Shown: piece by piece, positions 26,483 to 37,643 of the stretch | How positions within the stretch are numbered: the first letter of the stretch is position 1 | Layout: each line of letters begins with the position of its first letter | Source: Tubulanus polymorphus | Lineage: Eukaryota; Animalia; Nemertea | Direction of reading: 5' to 3' | DNA: 64,000 nt | Assembly: GCF_964204645.1 (NCBI RefSeq) | Contig: NC_134032.1 | Coordinates: 11,334,275-11,398,274 of the forward strand | Made by a program: the position numbers and the translations under genes | The notes under the pieces: generated by a model | The model's database searches: none | What the model was told of the DNA's origin: nothing | Seen by the model: only the letters and a program-made list of their open reading frames with translations

Positions 26483-27651
26483 GATTCCCTGATTTTACTA
26501 GGTCTCTGATTTCACTTTTCTCAGATGTGTTACCTCTACTCCACTACTCTCTCTATCTCCCCTCTTCCTCCTCTCCTCCCCAGCCGGTCTCTATCTCCAT
26601 CTCTATCCTCTCGTAAGTTATTAGATCATCTTTGAGCACAGTATCTGATAACAATAGACAGCCATTACTCATCTCTCAACTCTCCCACGAGCAGCGAGCA
26701 GCGAGCGGCTATCTAACCACGAGCAGCAGCAGCAGCGATGAGTGTATCTACTCACGCAGTCTATTCACAACTCGCTTCCATCAAGCCGTTGTCCTTCGTA
26801 ACTAAATTTGTTTCGTTTCGTTCATCAAGAGGTCTAGAAATCCGCTGTGAGACGGCAATTTGCGCGGCGGTCGAAATCGTCGAGGCGAGATTTTTTCCGT
26901 CGATTCAAGTCACACTCGAAGCCGCCGCATCCTACGGTTGCGCCCGCATCCGGGTGCAACTAAAGTTCAGACTTCGAAATATGAAACGCGATATCATCCT
27001 ACGGAAAAATTGTTTCCCACGCGAGACTTCGTCGGCATTTACAGAATCTCTGATTACCGGAAAAATGAACCCACATAGTGCGTCAAATTTTTCAGGATTA
27101 TGATTTAGAATTCTTGACTCAACGCAGCAATTCTTGGAATATCGCCGTTTTCAGCCCCAGCCCCAGGGGCTGGTTTTATATACAAACTAAGATTTTTCCT
27201 TAGTCGTAAAAGCAGTTTCCGCTTTATATGTAAACTAATCATAATTTTACTGAATCGAGGAAGTTATTTCGAATGAAAAGGTTGTCTCATTATAGGAACT
27301 TAGGAACTCTAGAAACTAATTTCATAATTCATCAAAGGCAAAGCAAGATTATACAGGGGATATAGAAACCATTGATCCAGAGACCAATTTTGAAGAACTT
27401 GTCACATCCCAAAATGGCACTTCGATGTCTAAAAAAGCAAAATTATCTGTATCAAATTATTTCGTAAGCGTATATATTGAATTTAAAAAGCATATGTAAC
27501 CAGAGAGTTATGCTGGGCGGATGTAGGGTCTGATTTAGGGAGGGGTGCACCACCCAAAATAGGCTATACCATACAATTAAAAGGACTCCCAGAAAGAAAG
27601 CTGCTCACGAAGGATTAACTAAATTTTGGAAATTCAGATAACAAGTTTCAG

Positions 27652-27780
27652 GGCCCAGTTTCAAAAAAAGTTTCACTCTTAATTTTTAGTGTAATCGCTA
27701 TTGGTTACTTCGTATTTTCAATGAGGACAACAATTCAAACTTAACCGTTTTAGGCTTACGCTTTTTCGTGAAACTGGGCC
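27652..27780. mobile_element. Harbinger-like MITE, family H3
   Basis: CAG|GGCCCAGTTTCA...TGAAACTGGGCC|CAG: TIR with CAG TSD. Confidence 0.7.
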
Positions 27781-30451
27781 CAGGTATGAGTTCAATATTT
27801 TCCCGTAACATTTCAGGGGATGCTCTCGACACTTTCGCGGGGAAGCTCACCCCTGCAACCTGCCCTTGATTCTGCGCCGCTAGTTACGATGTAACTAGGT
27901 ACACGTAACTGTCGGCGATTGTTAGCGGCAGACGACGACGTCGGCGGAACCGGAATATAATCACCGACGTCTGCCGTTAAATCGAGCTGAACGCACGGTT
28001 TTAAGTTAATCCGAACGGTTATAGTTATCTAGTTATTAAATCGGGCCGCGATCAATTCCAATCCATTACAATCGATAATCAATAATCAATAATCAATAAT
28101 TATATATATATATTCTGATCGCTCATCTGATACGCGCGCGTGCACCGCCGTTATCCGTAATCCACGGTTCGGAAATAATGGCGTCGTCCGATTCGATTGA
28201 TACACGCGTATACGTGACATTATCGTCACAATTACGACGTCGTCTTTGATGTCGTCGATGGTTGCTTTACGGTACCGTCGCGTCGCTAAGGACAACGATA
28301 CTAGCCCCCGAGAGACTCGACGGAAGATGGACTACGCGATGGACTCACTGGTCAATGATATAGAACAGACATTCGTAATTAACAGGAGAGTGGCTTCATA
28401 TTTCATATTCAGGAATAATCAGGGCTGCCAACCTCTGAAAAGTGCTATCAGTAACGAATTGAATTTTTCTGAGTAAGATTTCATTGAAACACGAAAAAAA
28501 ATGTTCAAATTATTCGGTAATCAACAGTAAGACCTTCAGTGACATGTCATATTTCTGTGCGCATCAAACAAATCAAATCAGTATTTCTCCTTACAAGATA
28601 CAAACAAACACTGAAAATCGAGAACAGTTGACAGCAGCTCTGGATCCGGTTCCACAGTTGTGAGTTGGAGTAAACTCTGAGTTAGAATTAGTTCATTTTC
28701 AATGAGTTAAATCTTAATTCACAACTGTGGAACTGGGTCCTGAATAATATGTAGACCTAAAATGACCCAATAGAAATAATATCTATGAGGGCTAGTCTTA
28801 GAGACATTGGCATTCGAATCTTTTCAATGACTTCAACGATTCAGTGAAATTATTATTAGTTACTAATGACTACCTTCTCATTATCAATGACTTCAACGAT
28901 TCAGTAAAATTATTAATTTGATTAGTTACTAATGACGACCTTTTCATTGATATTCTCAATGACTTTCTCAATGATTAAGTAAAATTACTATTCCATCAAG
29001 TAAATTTACTATTCCATCATATTTTGTAGTGACGATGACCTTCTCGTTTTCAAATTACTCATCCACAGATCCGTAGATCCCGGTTCCACACATTCGCAAA
29101 CGAAATCAGAAAAGTGAAATCCAATTTTCTCGTTGAACGAGTATTTCATCATTGAGGGAGGCAAGAGAAAAAAATCTCTTCTCATCATTTCATCTATTAG
29201 CGTTTCTTCATTAAACAAGTTTTTGCACATGTACAACTTTAATTTGCCAGTCCCTAACTCCCACACTCTCTATCTCTCTCTCTCGCCCTCTCACTCTCAT
29301 CTCTAACTCTCTCACTCTCTCCCTGTCAGTGTCTCTCACGTTCATGTCACTCACGCCGCGGGGCGAAAAACATCGTTTCTCCTCGGCGCATGAAATTTCG
29401 CTTTGAAATAACGCTTTTAACTAATGTTATGTCATCTAAGCGCGCCCGGCGGTGGCAGCCGCCGCTTTGTAGAACACGCTCGACGCCGCCGCGTTCAAAG
29501 CCGCGGAGGGTGAGAGAAATCCTTTACGTCGTCGAAACGCGATCAAAGCGAAATGTTACTTCTTAAATCAAACGGGCGAAACGGGCTTCGCGCTAGCCGT
29601 ACGAACGCGCGCACGAGCTAGCATACGTTTATAATACACCGAAATTGATTCGATATTAAACACGTTGACACGCCCGTCTGCCCGCTTCCGCGGCATCGTG
29701 TTTCCCATTTTAGATTTCCGATTTACAAGCGAAGTCTTTTAGTTTTTCATTCCGCAAGAAAATGGCGCACGCGCGTTGAATATATCGCAGGCAAGTTTTC
29801 GGTAAATTTGGAAAAAGAAAATTATGACGCATTCAATTGCGAGTTGACAGCAGTTGAGAGCCAAAATAAGATTCAAACCTCCTGATGTGAAAGGAGCTTT
29901 CCGGAGAACATGGCTGTCTCCATAAAATCCTCTTTCGGCATCAAATTCTCTAATTATATTTGCCTTTTAGAAAAGACGGCTACCTCCAAGAAATCTCGTT
30001 ATTACAATCAAATTGCCTCGCAATTTAGCCCTCTCAGAAAAAAATGGCTGCCTACATAAATCCACCTACGGCATCATCGCATTGTCTAGTAATTTCTACC
30101 TTTTAGAAACGATGGCTCAATCCTAAGCCTATCGATGAGCACTCTCAGGAAAGATGGCCGCCTCCATAACTCCCCAATTACATCATCATAAAGGTCTAGT
30201 TCATTTCCCCCTTCGGAAAAGATGGCTACACCCGTGAATCTCCTTATGACATCATGACCCAGTTCCACAGTTGAGAGTTAGAGTTAAATCTAGTTCATTT
30301 TCGATGTTTTTACTCAGACAGTCAAATCTCAACTCAGAACTGTGGAACTGGGCACATCAAATCAACTAGCATCGTAGCCGGCGCTATCGGAAAAGATGGA
30401 CGCCTCTCCCAATGACATCATCAAATATCAGGATAACGCTGAAAAGCTTAC

Positions 30452-30756
30452 CTATATCCGGTCTGGTATCCATTTGTTCGCGTACCGCGTCGATCAGCTC
30501 ACATCGCGTGTCCGGATTCTCGTTCAGTTCCAGTCGCGCTTTCTTCAAAGTTTCGTCCGATAAACTCCAACCATATTCCGCCATTTTTGCTGGCGTTGGC
30601 TCGGCTGCGCGAGGATTCGGCGTCATCGGCACCGGTTCGTAAACGTTGTCGTCATCAGAACTACGTCGACTGCGCGGTGCTGCCACCTGCTTTTTTGACG
30701 TCTGCTGTTTGTACGTGTTAATCTCCAACTCTTGCCGCGATAGTCCGCGCAACGTT
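30452..30756 (-). CDS. CLVS: Clavesin-like protein, upstream coding exon (N-terminal extension and start of CRAL_TRIO_N)
   Basis: ...LSDETLKKARLELNENPDTRCELIDAVREQMDTRPDI, then G|gtaagc donor. Joining G to AT of the 1555 exon gives [13 protein letters not shown] (clavesin has [13 protein letters not shown]). Acceptor tcattgcag| before 30756. Implies intron 1556-30451 (28,896 nt). Confidence 0.88.
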
Positions 30757-31421
30757 CTGCAATGAGTAGAGATTTCATTTCAATTCATTGAATTCTAAAT
30801 CTGGATTTATTTTTCGAAAGTAGTTCTAATCAGTTGAATTCAGGGGCCGGTTGCATAGTCATGGCTTAGACTTAAGTCTCGACTGTGCAACTGGCCCCAG
30901 AGTCTAATTCTGACTCTAAGAAGAGTCAGACAGATTGAAGCCTACTTCATACTGGATGCAAATTTAGATACACGAGCCAGTTGCACAGTCGTGGCTTAAA
31001 TCCATGAGTCGTCTTAAATCTTAAGACTAGTCTTAAGTTGGTATTAGATCGGCTTTAAGTCTTAGCCATGAATATGCAACCAGCCCCAGGAGACAGTTCC
31101 ACAGTTCTTTGTTGAGATTTCACTCTATAGCCGAACAACTGAAAATGAACTAACTTCACAGAGTCAAGCCTAACTAAAAACTGTGGTGCACAGTCCAAAA
31201 AAAAAGTCTTCGATCATGAAACTGGTCTTAAGTTGTTAGGATTAGCTTTAGAGAACCAAGATGGGCTTAGTGTGGGTTCAGTTTCACAGAAAGTTTAAGT
31301 TTTTAATTGGTTTAATTTCTTTATTAATTTGGTTCACCTTAGATTGATTCAGGAATGAAACTGGACCCTCGCTACCCATCTTTGCACTAAAGCTAATCTC
31401 AACAACTTCAGCCTTATTGGG

Positions 31422-31939
31422 GCACTCAGGTCGCCCTTACAACTGCAACTACAACTAGAAGCGATTGGTTCGAGCAACTGGCAGCGATCGTCAGCGACTG
31501 GTTTTTTCCCAGTCGCGGCGACCTGAGCGCATCTACAACTGACAGCGACGGGTCGGCGACGCAAAAACTGCCAGTCGCTATGAGATGAACATGTTGAACT
31601 TTCAGCAACGCGTCGCAGCGACTACCACTAGTTGTACAGCGTTTTTGTCGACCTGAGCGCTACTGCAACCGATTTCCGCGTTGTAGGGAAGTACTATAGT
31701 CATTTTGAACAGATCACATGATCAATTGAACATGGGCGGTGCCATTTTGAACAGATCACATGATCAATTGAATCGCGCGTTGCAGCGACGGTCGTAGGGC
31801 GATCTGAGCGCGCACTGATTAGCGTTGAACGTTTCAATCCCGTTGCTGCCGGTCGCTTCTAGTTCTAGTTGTAAGCGACCTGAGCGCGGTTACAACTCGT
31901 GGTCTTCAGTTTCGTCGCGTCGTAGGGCGACCTGAGTGC
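31422..31939. mobile_element. ~520-bp MITE with TIRs and internal inverted/direct repeats
   Basis: GCACTCAGGTCGCCCT ... AGGGCGACCTGAGTGC ends; repeated gcgacctgagcgc motif; central duplicated cattttgaacagatcacatgatcaattgaa. Confidence 0.75.
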
Positions 31940-32489
31940 TGCTTATGATCTAATACCGTTAAGGACTGTCATAAATCTATAAGCCTTGGCTGCCGAACCA
32001 TGGATCTACGATGAAGCTTAAAACCGAGCTTTGATATAATTTCACCCTTTTACTGGTTTTACCAGACCAGTGCCAACTTCGAAACTCAAGTTAAATTTGC
32101 ATCAGCCGCAAAGTATAAGCTATAAAACGGTTCTTAAAAACTAGGTGCACGATGAACTGAGTGCGGAATACTACTATTCATCTTCAGGCGTCATACATAT
32201 ACAATCTATGCCGTCAAATATTGAATTTTCATTTATCGCTGCATCAATAGACCATTGATTCCGAGAACCGCAGCTAGAGAGAAAGATGAGCGAGTGAGAG
32301 AGAGAGAGAGGCGATGGATGAGATTTGAGATCGATATAGCGGTTAAACGGTTCAATCAGACGCGCTATTCATCCGTCCTCCAGACAGACGGAGGTGAACG
32401 CGCGTAACCGCCGCCGAAGATGACAATAGCTATTCGCAGCGGTTGGACTCTGACTGTCGATTTTGTAGCGACAGAAAAAACGAATAGTT

Positions 32490-33045
32490 AAACTCAGTTA
32501 ACCCTTTCAGTGCATCTTCACCGCAGTGCGGTGAATAAATGAGTTATGGACTTTGCTAGTACACCGCATTGTGGTGTATTGATATGAATAGTAATTAGTT
32601 TTTATCTCTTAATACAGTAAAATTCGGTTAACCCTTTTAGTGCATCTACCCCATAGTGCAGTGAATAAATCAGTGATGAACTTTGCTGGTACACCGCATT
32701 ATGGTATATTGATGTAAATAGCAATTAGTTTTTTATCTCTTTAGAGAGTAAAACTCGATTAACCCTTTTAGCGCATCTACCCTGCACTGCAGTGCAATGT
32801 ATAAATCGGCGATGGACTTCACTAGGCGGTGTATTGATGTAAGTAGTCATTAGTTTTTATCTCTATTGAAAGATGGTACCTGTTAAACATAGTGAAATTT
32901 TAGTAACTAACGATACAACGCACCATGGCGTATATGCACTAAAGCAGTGAACCCCTTATTCAACACACTGAGATGGAATTTTTGAAAATTTTAAAAATTA
33001 TCTCCAGCACTTTCGGGAATTGATTAGTCAATACCGAAAGAGTTA
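32490..33045 (+). mobile_element. piggyBac-type MITE, family P, with its left end tandemly triplicated (~130-bp unit)
   Basis: TTAACCCTTT left ends at 32498, 32628 and 32759, each preceded by the same gtaaaactcg-like flank; only the third runs to a right TIR (~33042). Confidence 0.8.
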
Positions 33046-33758
33046 AGTCGTTGTCGTAGTCGTCGCAGTTAGGAGCCATTATGTTGATGACTTCGCCAAA
33101 TGACAATGTCTTACACTTAGTACACTTAGTAAATTGAATGGAAATTACGACTCAAAAAAGGAGAGAGAACTTCAGTGATGACGTGACAACTTATCTGACG
33201 ACGACTTGAAGGAGGTATATTCAAAATAAAAAGATCTGCAATCAAAAACCCAAAACCTAGTACATCAATTGTGAATTTGCTATTGAAATCAGGCGCGGAC
33301 CAAGGGGCTTTGGGTGCTACAAATTTTCTATCAATCATTCATTTCATATTTTCCATAGTTTTTCAACAATGTGTTTCACAGTACAAGGTACGTTTAAAAC
33401 TTATATGGTATGATCGGCAGCAGATGCTATGAATTCATGCAAATGAGACAAAGTATTCAAAATATTCCAGGAGATGACCATCAGATCCCCGTTTTAAAAT
33501 CCTGGATCCGCCCCTGGAAATTGAAAGCTCAACTCAGAACTATAGGTCTGGTAATGCAGAGGTTGTTTCCATGACCAGCTGATAAGATCAACTGCCGATC
33601 TAAAAACCTAGGACCAGTTCTCTCATCTCGTCGGCGCTGAAACGGGTTCAGCAAATAAATAGCAGAAATGTGAGGATTTTAACGAAGGTTTATTCGAAAC
33701 AAACACCTGAAGTTAGAGACAGGGGGAGAAGCGCACGAGGAGCTGGTGACGATTATAC

Positions 33759-33838
33759 CTTTCAAAACCGTACAGAATCATATACATAGATTCGTCGGTG
33801 CTGTTCTCAGCATCCATTAGAGGTACAGCTTCCATCAT
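33759..33838 (-). CDS. CLVS: Probable first coding exon of the clavesin-like gene (MMEAVPLMDAENSTDESMYMILYGFE-R)
   Basis: ATG at 33838, 26 codons plus AG|gtataa donor (phase 2), matching the phase-2 acceptor at 30756 (AG+A=Arg, then TLRGLSRQ). Candidate upstream acceptor ttgcag| before 33957. No homology support. Confidence 0.55.
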
Positions 33839-35203
33839 CACACTCAATAAACACTAAACATTAAACAAACAACAAATAAACAACATTGAGTAACTATACA
33901 TACACCATACAAAAAACACAATTAATTTTAGTAAAAGCAACAAACTAAATGCGGGTCCTGCAACGCAGTTGCGTGGGTCGAATTTGACTCTAAACCCAGT
34001 TCCACAGTTGTGTGGGTTGAATTTGACTGTAGATTCAGTTCGAGTTATCCGACTTTAATTTGGTCCTGGACCCAGTTCCACAGTTGTGTGGGTTGAATTT
34101 GACTGTAGATTCAGTTCCAGTTATCCGACTTTAATTTGGTCCTGGACCCAGTTCCACAGTTGTGTGGGTTGAATTTGACTGTAGATTCAGTTCCAGTTGT
34201 CCGAGTTTAATTTGGTTCTGGACCCAGTTCCACAGTTATGTGGGTTTAATTTGACTATCAATCCAGTTCCACAATTGTAGGGCTTCATTTGGCGCTGAAC
34301 CCAGTTCTATAGTTGTGAGGGGTTAATTTGACTATGGACCCAGTTCCACAGTTGTGAGGGTTTAATTTGGTACTAGACCCAGTTCCACAAGAGGTTTAAT
34401 TTGATTATGCACCAATTCTCACAGTAGTTATCTAGCTTTTGTTTGGCTCTAGACCCAAGTACAGTAAAGGTTTATCCAACTTTGGCACTGACACTTTCGA
34501 AAACATTTTCAGATCATCAGTTCAGTAGAAAATTACGACAGGTCGATACCGAACGAAATAAATGATTCTTTTATATAGAGCTGTATCGATTAACTAAAAT
34601 ACGTCGATGCGAATATCGGCTATTTCTAGGCTAAATTTAGAAGTAAATGATTAGGGAAAATCGAAACATTCAATTGAGGACGGAGAAAAACTAATCGATA
34701 ATTCCGTAATAAATATCACTGAATTCATATAGTGCTGTAAACATTGTCAGCTGTGTTTATGGATGTATTAAATACATATGTAGACAATTACACTGTATTC
34801 GAATACAATGTAATCTAGGAATCTACACTATACAATAGATATGGTATCTAAACTACAGTTTATAAAAAATCCAAAATTTTAGTGAATTTTCCAATGAGAA
34901 TTGTTTTTTGTTCTTTTTCGAGGATGGGACTCAGTGGCGCAAATCTTGAAATTGAAATTGGAAAGAATTGAACTTCTTATCGGGACCAGTCCGACTGTTT
35001 ATAACTGATAACCTCATCCACCACAGTTCATATTTTAAAAGTAGTTAACTTCCGATAAGATTTAAGATTTAAACTTTACTTAAGACTTAAGACCACTTTT
35101 GAGCTTAAGTCCCAACTATGAAACCGGCCGCATTTCAAGTCACATTCTCTAAGGTTAGAGTTCTGAATCCGAACCTAGGAACTTTGATCGAGTCATGTAT
35201 TAA

Positions 35204-35490
35204 CCCTTTCAGTGCTGACTAATTAATACCCTATAGTGCTTGAGATAATCTAAAAATTCTAAAAGTTCCACCCCAGTGTGTTGAATAACGGGAATACCAC
35301 TATAGTGCGTCTACACCGCGGCGCGGTGTATCGTTAGTTATTAGTATTTCACTATGTTTGACACATGCTGCCATTTTTCAAGAGAGATAATTAGTAATTA
35401 CTAATTAAATCAATACACTGCAGTGCGATGTACTTGCAAAATACATCACTGATTTATACACCGCACTGCGGTGTAGATGCACTGAAAGCG
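35204..35490 (-). mobile_element. piggyBac-type MITE, family P (reverse copy)
   Basis: TTAA|CCCTTTCAGTGC...GCACTGAAAGCG|TTAA, 287 bp. Confidence 0.85.
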
Positions 35491-37303
35491 TTAAGGACTT
35501 ATAGCCGATTTCGCAAATTCAGCCTATCTTTAACTCTCGACAGAAGCAATGGACCCTGGATACTAAACGAATAAGATTTTGAAAAATGAGGGTCGAGTCG
35601 TGCTGTCTGGCGCAATGCCAACGGATCATAAATTACACCAATTAGACGCAAAAACCAATTTGCCGCGGGCGCGACGTTTCTGCCCTCGTCTTATTCTAGT
35701 AATCAATGGGTTCGTAAAAAACCAGTCATCATCTCGAAATGTTATAACGCACTCGCGTAACAGTTCTTACTAATTAGCCTAAAAATACTATTCGGTTACC
35801 ATAGTTACCGATATTCCCGAGGAGTCCGGTGAAAATGGCTTTGTTTTCTCGCGGTTTCGACCGAGTGGGGACTATTGAATGTACGGCGCGCACGCGTCAT
35901 AGCTTCACTCAGACGACTGATACTAACATATAGGATCGTTTATATTCCGATCGTTTGTCAAATTTCTGAAGGTTTTAATCGTAGCATATTGTGATATCCA
36001 TCATAGACTCTGTCTTTCGCCGAGTTAAAGCTGAGACTGGAAGAATAATGCCGCGAGTTGCGGTCAAACACTGAGTAAGAGTTTGTAAAATACAGCAACT
36101 CTGTCTCTTACTGGGGTAGTTGAGACCGGTAAAATTCTACCCCGGGTAGGTGTCAAATACTGAGTAAGATTTTGAGAAAAATACAGTAGATTCTATCTCT
36201 TACTGCAGTGAAGTTGAAACTTAATAATATAAATCAATAACTTGATTTCAGTGAGGAAAGTCCATTTGATCTTGTTACTTACTGACCATGTTTAACTACT
36301 AAGGACTCAACTTTGTTCTGCAACCACCTAAAAATATTTCCGCAGTGAGAAAGGATACTGTTCGCCTCGGCTAATTACCGGTATGTAAGATTCCCGATGA
36401 AACTTTGACAGGAGTTCTTGATACCTGATTGAACCTGTCACCAATCGCGCAGACTTCAGGATTAATATTTACCAGCCAATCACCGTCTAATAAACCAAAT
36501 CAATGCAAAGTCTAGATGTAGATTAATTAGCTGGTTCTACTGGTGGTGATAAGAGCGGTTAACTGACCGTTTGACTCAATAATTACTCATGATTAACAGT
36601 CAATAAACTCTCCGGTTCACTGCACTTCAGACTAGGTGATAACCAAAGAGGTTCTGTTCTTAAAGGGTCTGGGGCCAAAGTAAAATCAAACCAATACTGT
36701 ATCGTTGAACTGGGTCCACATAATCAAATTAAACCCAGGCCGTACTGTAGAATGGGGTCCACAGTCAAATTAAACCCGCATTAAACTGCGGAACTGGATT
36801 CACAATCAAATGGAACCCACTATTGTGAAACTGGGTCCACAGTCAAATTGAAACCTCACAAATCTACAACTTGGTCCACTGTCAAATTAAACCTGCATAC
36901 CCAGGTTCCTATGGAACTGGGTCCAGTTCCATAGGAACCGGGATAGGCCTATGCGGGTCGTTAAAACCCTCATAGGCCTAAGTGTAAAACTGGTCCCATA
37001 GTAAAATTAAACCCACACGACGTGGAACTGGGGGTCCACAGCCAGGGCTAACAAAACCCATAGTCACAGTGAAACTGAATCCATAGGGGGTGCAGAAAGA
37101 GAAAGGCTAATAACATTCATTGATGCTGCCTGGTGTCTGTGTACGTACAGGTGTATCAAGGTGTCAAGATGCAGTGTACAAACTTGTAATTATTTGATTG
37201 AAGCGTGTAATCAATTAGTAATAAAACGCAAGTATAACATGTACCGAATAATACACACAGCTGCTTAGAGAGCAAAAATCAATAATTCATCTGCTATACT
37301 TAC

Positions 37304-37470
37304 AGTATACGTGGTGAAATATATATAGAAAGAATCCGGATTGATAACGGTGAATGATGTTGATGTCACACTTTGCTGCTGATGCTGAGTGATGATGTGG
37401 CTGCACCCGTATCTAATCCTCCATGTTTGTTATCCAGAATCCGAAGAGCCGGTTGCATTCACGGCTACAG
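37304..37470 (-). other. Candidate non-coding first exon of the clavesin-like gene
   Basis: Consensus donor CT|gtaagt on the minus strand at 37303, just beyond a CpG-containing promoter-like patch shared with the divergent methyltransferase gene. The 5' end is approximate. Confidence 0.35.
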
Positions 37471-37528
37471 TCGCATCAATAACAGCGCCCTGCATCGCCG
37501 ACCGCGTAATAGCTCGTTAGAAGATTTC

Positions 37529-37543
37529 CCGCTAGATGGCGCA
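37529..37543 (+). promoter_or_regulatory. CTCF-like binding motif in a putative bidirectional promoter
   Basis: CCGCTAGATGGCGCA matches the bilaterian CTCF core (CCRCYAGRKGGCGC), about 100 bp upstream of the methyltransferase ATG at 37644. Confidence 0.5.
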
Positions 37544-37643
37544 ATGGTTGAGAAGTCCTGAAATTTCCGTAGTACTGATCAGTTGTCTCATTCACTCCTC
37601 GTTTCTCTATCAGTTAAGTTGTCAACAGATTTGAACGGTCGAA

